Positions 63,810-64,000 of a stretch of DNA of 64,000 bases are shown here, piece after piece. The first letter of the stretch is position 1. The number at the start of each line of letters is the position of its first letter. The position numbers and the translations under genes are program-made. Location: the NCBI GenBank assembly GCA_965204725.1, contig OZ242005.1, forward strand, positions 5,120,001 through 5,184,000, read 5' to 3'. The notes beneath the pieces are model-generated. The model saw only the letters and a program-made list of their open reading frames with translations. It was not told the DNA's origin and searched no databases. The stretch is from Candidatus Latescibacterota bacterium (GTDB lineage Bacteria; Latescibacterota; UBA2968; UBA8231).

Positions 63810-63824
63810 GTAAAATCCCCTACC

Positions 63825-64000
63825 ATGATACCCCATAGGCTGCCTATCATCGTCTGGTTCGTCTTGGTCTTGCTGGCGGGTCGTGCGGTAGATGGGAAGG
63901 CAGAGACGCTGCCGAGAAATACGGCTCAAGCCATCGACCATACCTACGACACGCGCCTGTACTGGATGGGTCAGATCGAGCAGGACACGACGTGGCGCGA
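63825..64000 (+). CDS. Partial secreted protein beginning with the same beta-helix cap module as paralog 5
   Basis: MIPHRLPIIVWFVLVLLAG...YWMGQIEQDTTWR; DNA matches about 61833-61873. Confidence 0.7.
   Translation, partial: MIPHRLPIIVWFVLVLLAGRAVDGKAETLPRNTAQAIDHTYDTRLYWMGQIEQDTTWR

Noticed and set aside
57566-64000. Integron cassette array or CRISPR array
   Set aside because: No integrase, attC-like palindromes or cas genes; the repeats are coding, hundreds of bp long and span gene junctions

Overview
GC-rich bacterial chromosomal window, mostly housekeeping genes, with three accessory zones. Lineage is inference only: EF-hand 'DFFxxADxFG' surface proteins, a C-terminal 'SW(G/A)xxK' motif, a double-length UvrA and a PhyH dioxygenase suggest an FCB/PVC-adjacent group such as Latescibacterota or a Gemmatimonadota/Poribacteria-like symbiont. 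(1) 1-6.7 kb is a defence-type cluster: type IIG restriction-modification enzyme, BrnT toxin, a truncated BrnA-like ORF running in frame into an ABC-type ATPase, and a DUF3226-like partner. (2) 10.9-13.2 kb holds a HigBA-type module and an orphan ATPase lying between two ~96% identical 120-bp copies of the uvrA promoter plus its first codons. (3) 57.5-64 kb is a tandem, mosaic array of at least five paralogous secreted/membrane proteins with a conserved protease-propeptide-like domain, variable Gly-rich hydrophobic segments and a C-terminal ...LRF motif; it also contains a relic copy and appears to continue past the window edge. Core genes include uvrA (double), hpt, recA, radA, prmC, prfA, rpmE (type B), rho, dnaG, mpl, hisC, rel and three tRNAs (Val-GAC, Ile2-CAT, Val-CAC). 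A DUF6785-like membrane protein is paired with a ~1600-aa fusion of a catalytically degenerate M28 peptidase domain and a MacB/FtsX permease. All family assignments come from motif recognition by eye, not database searches.
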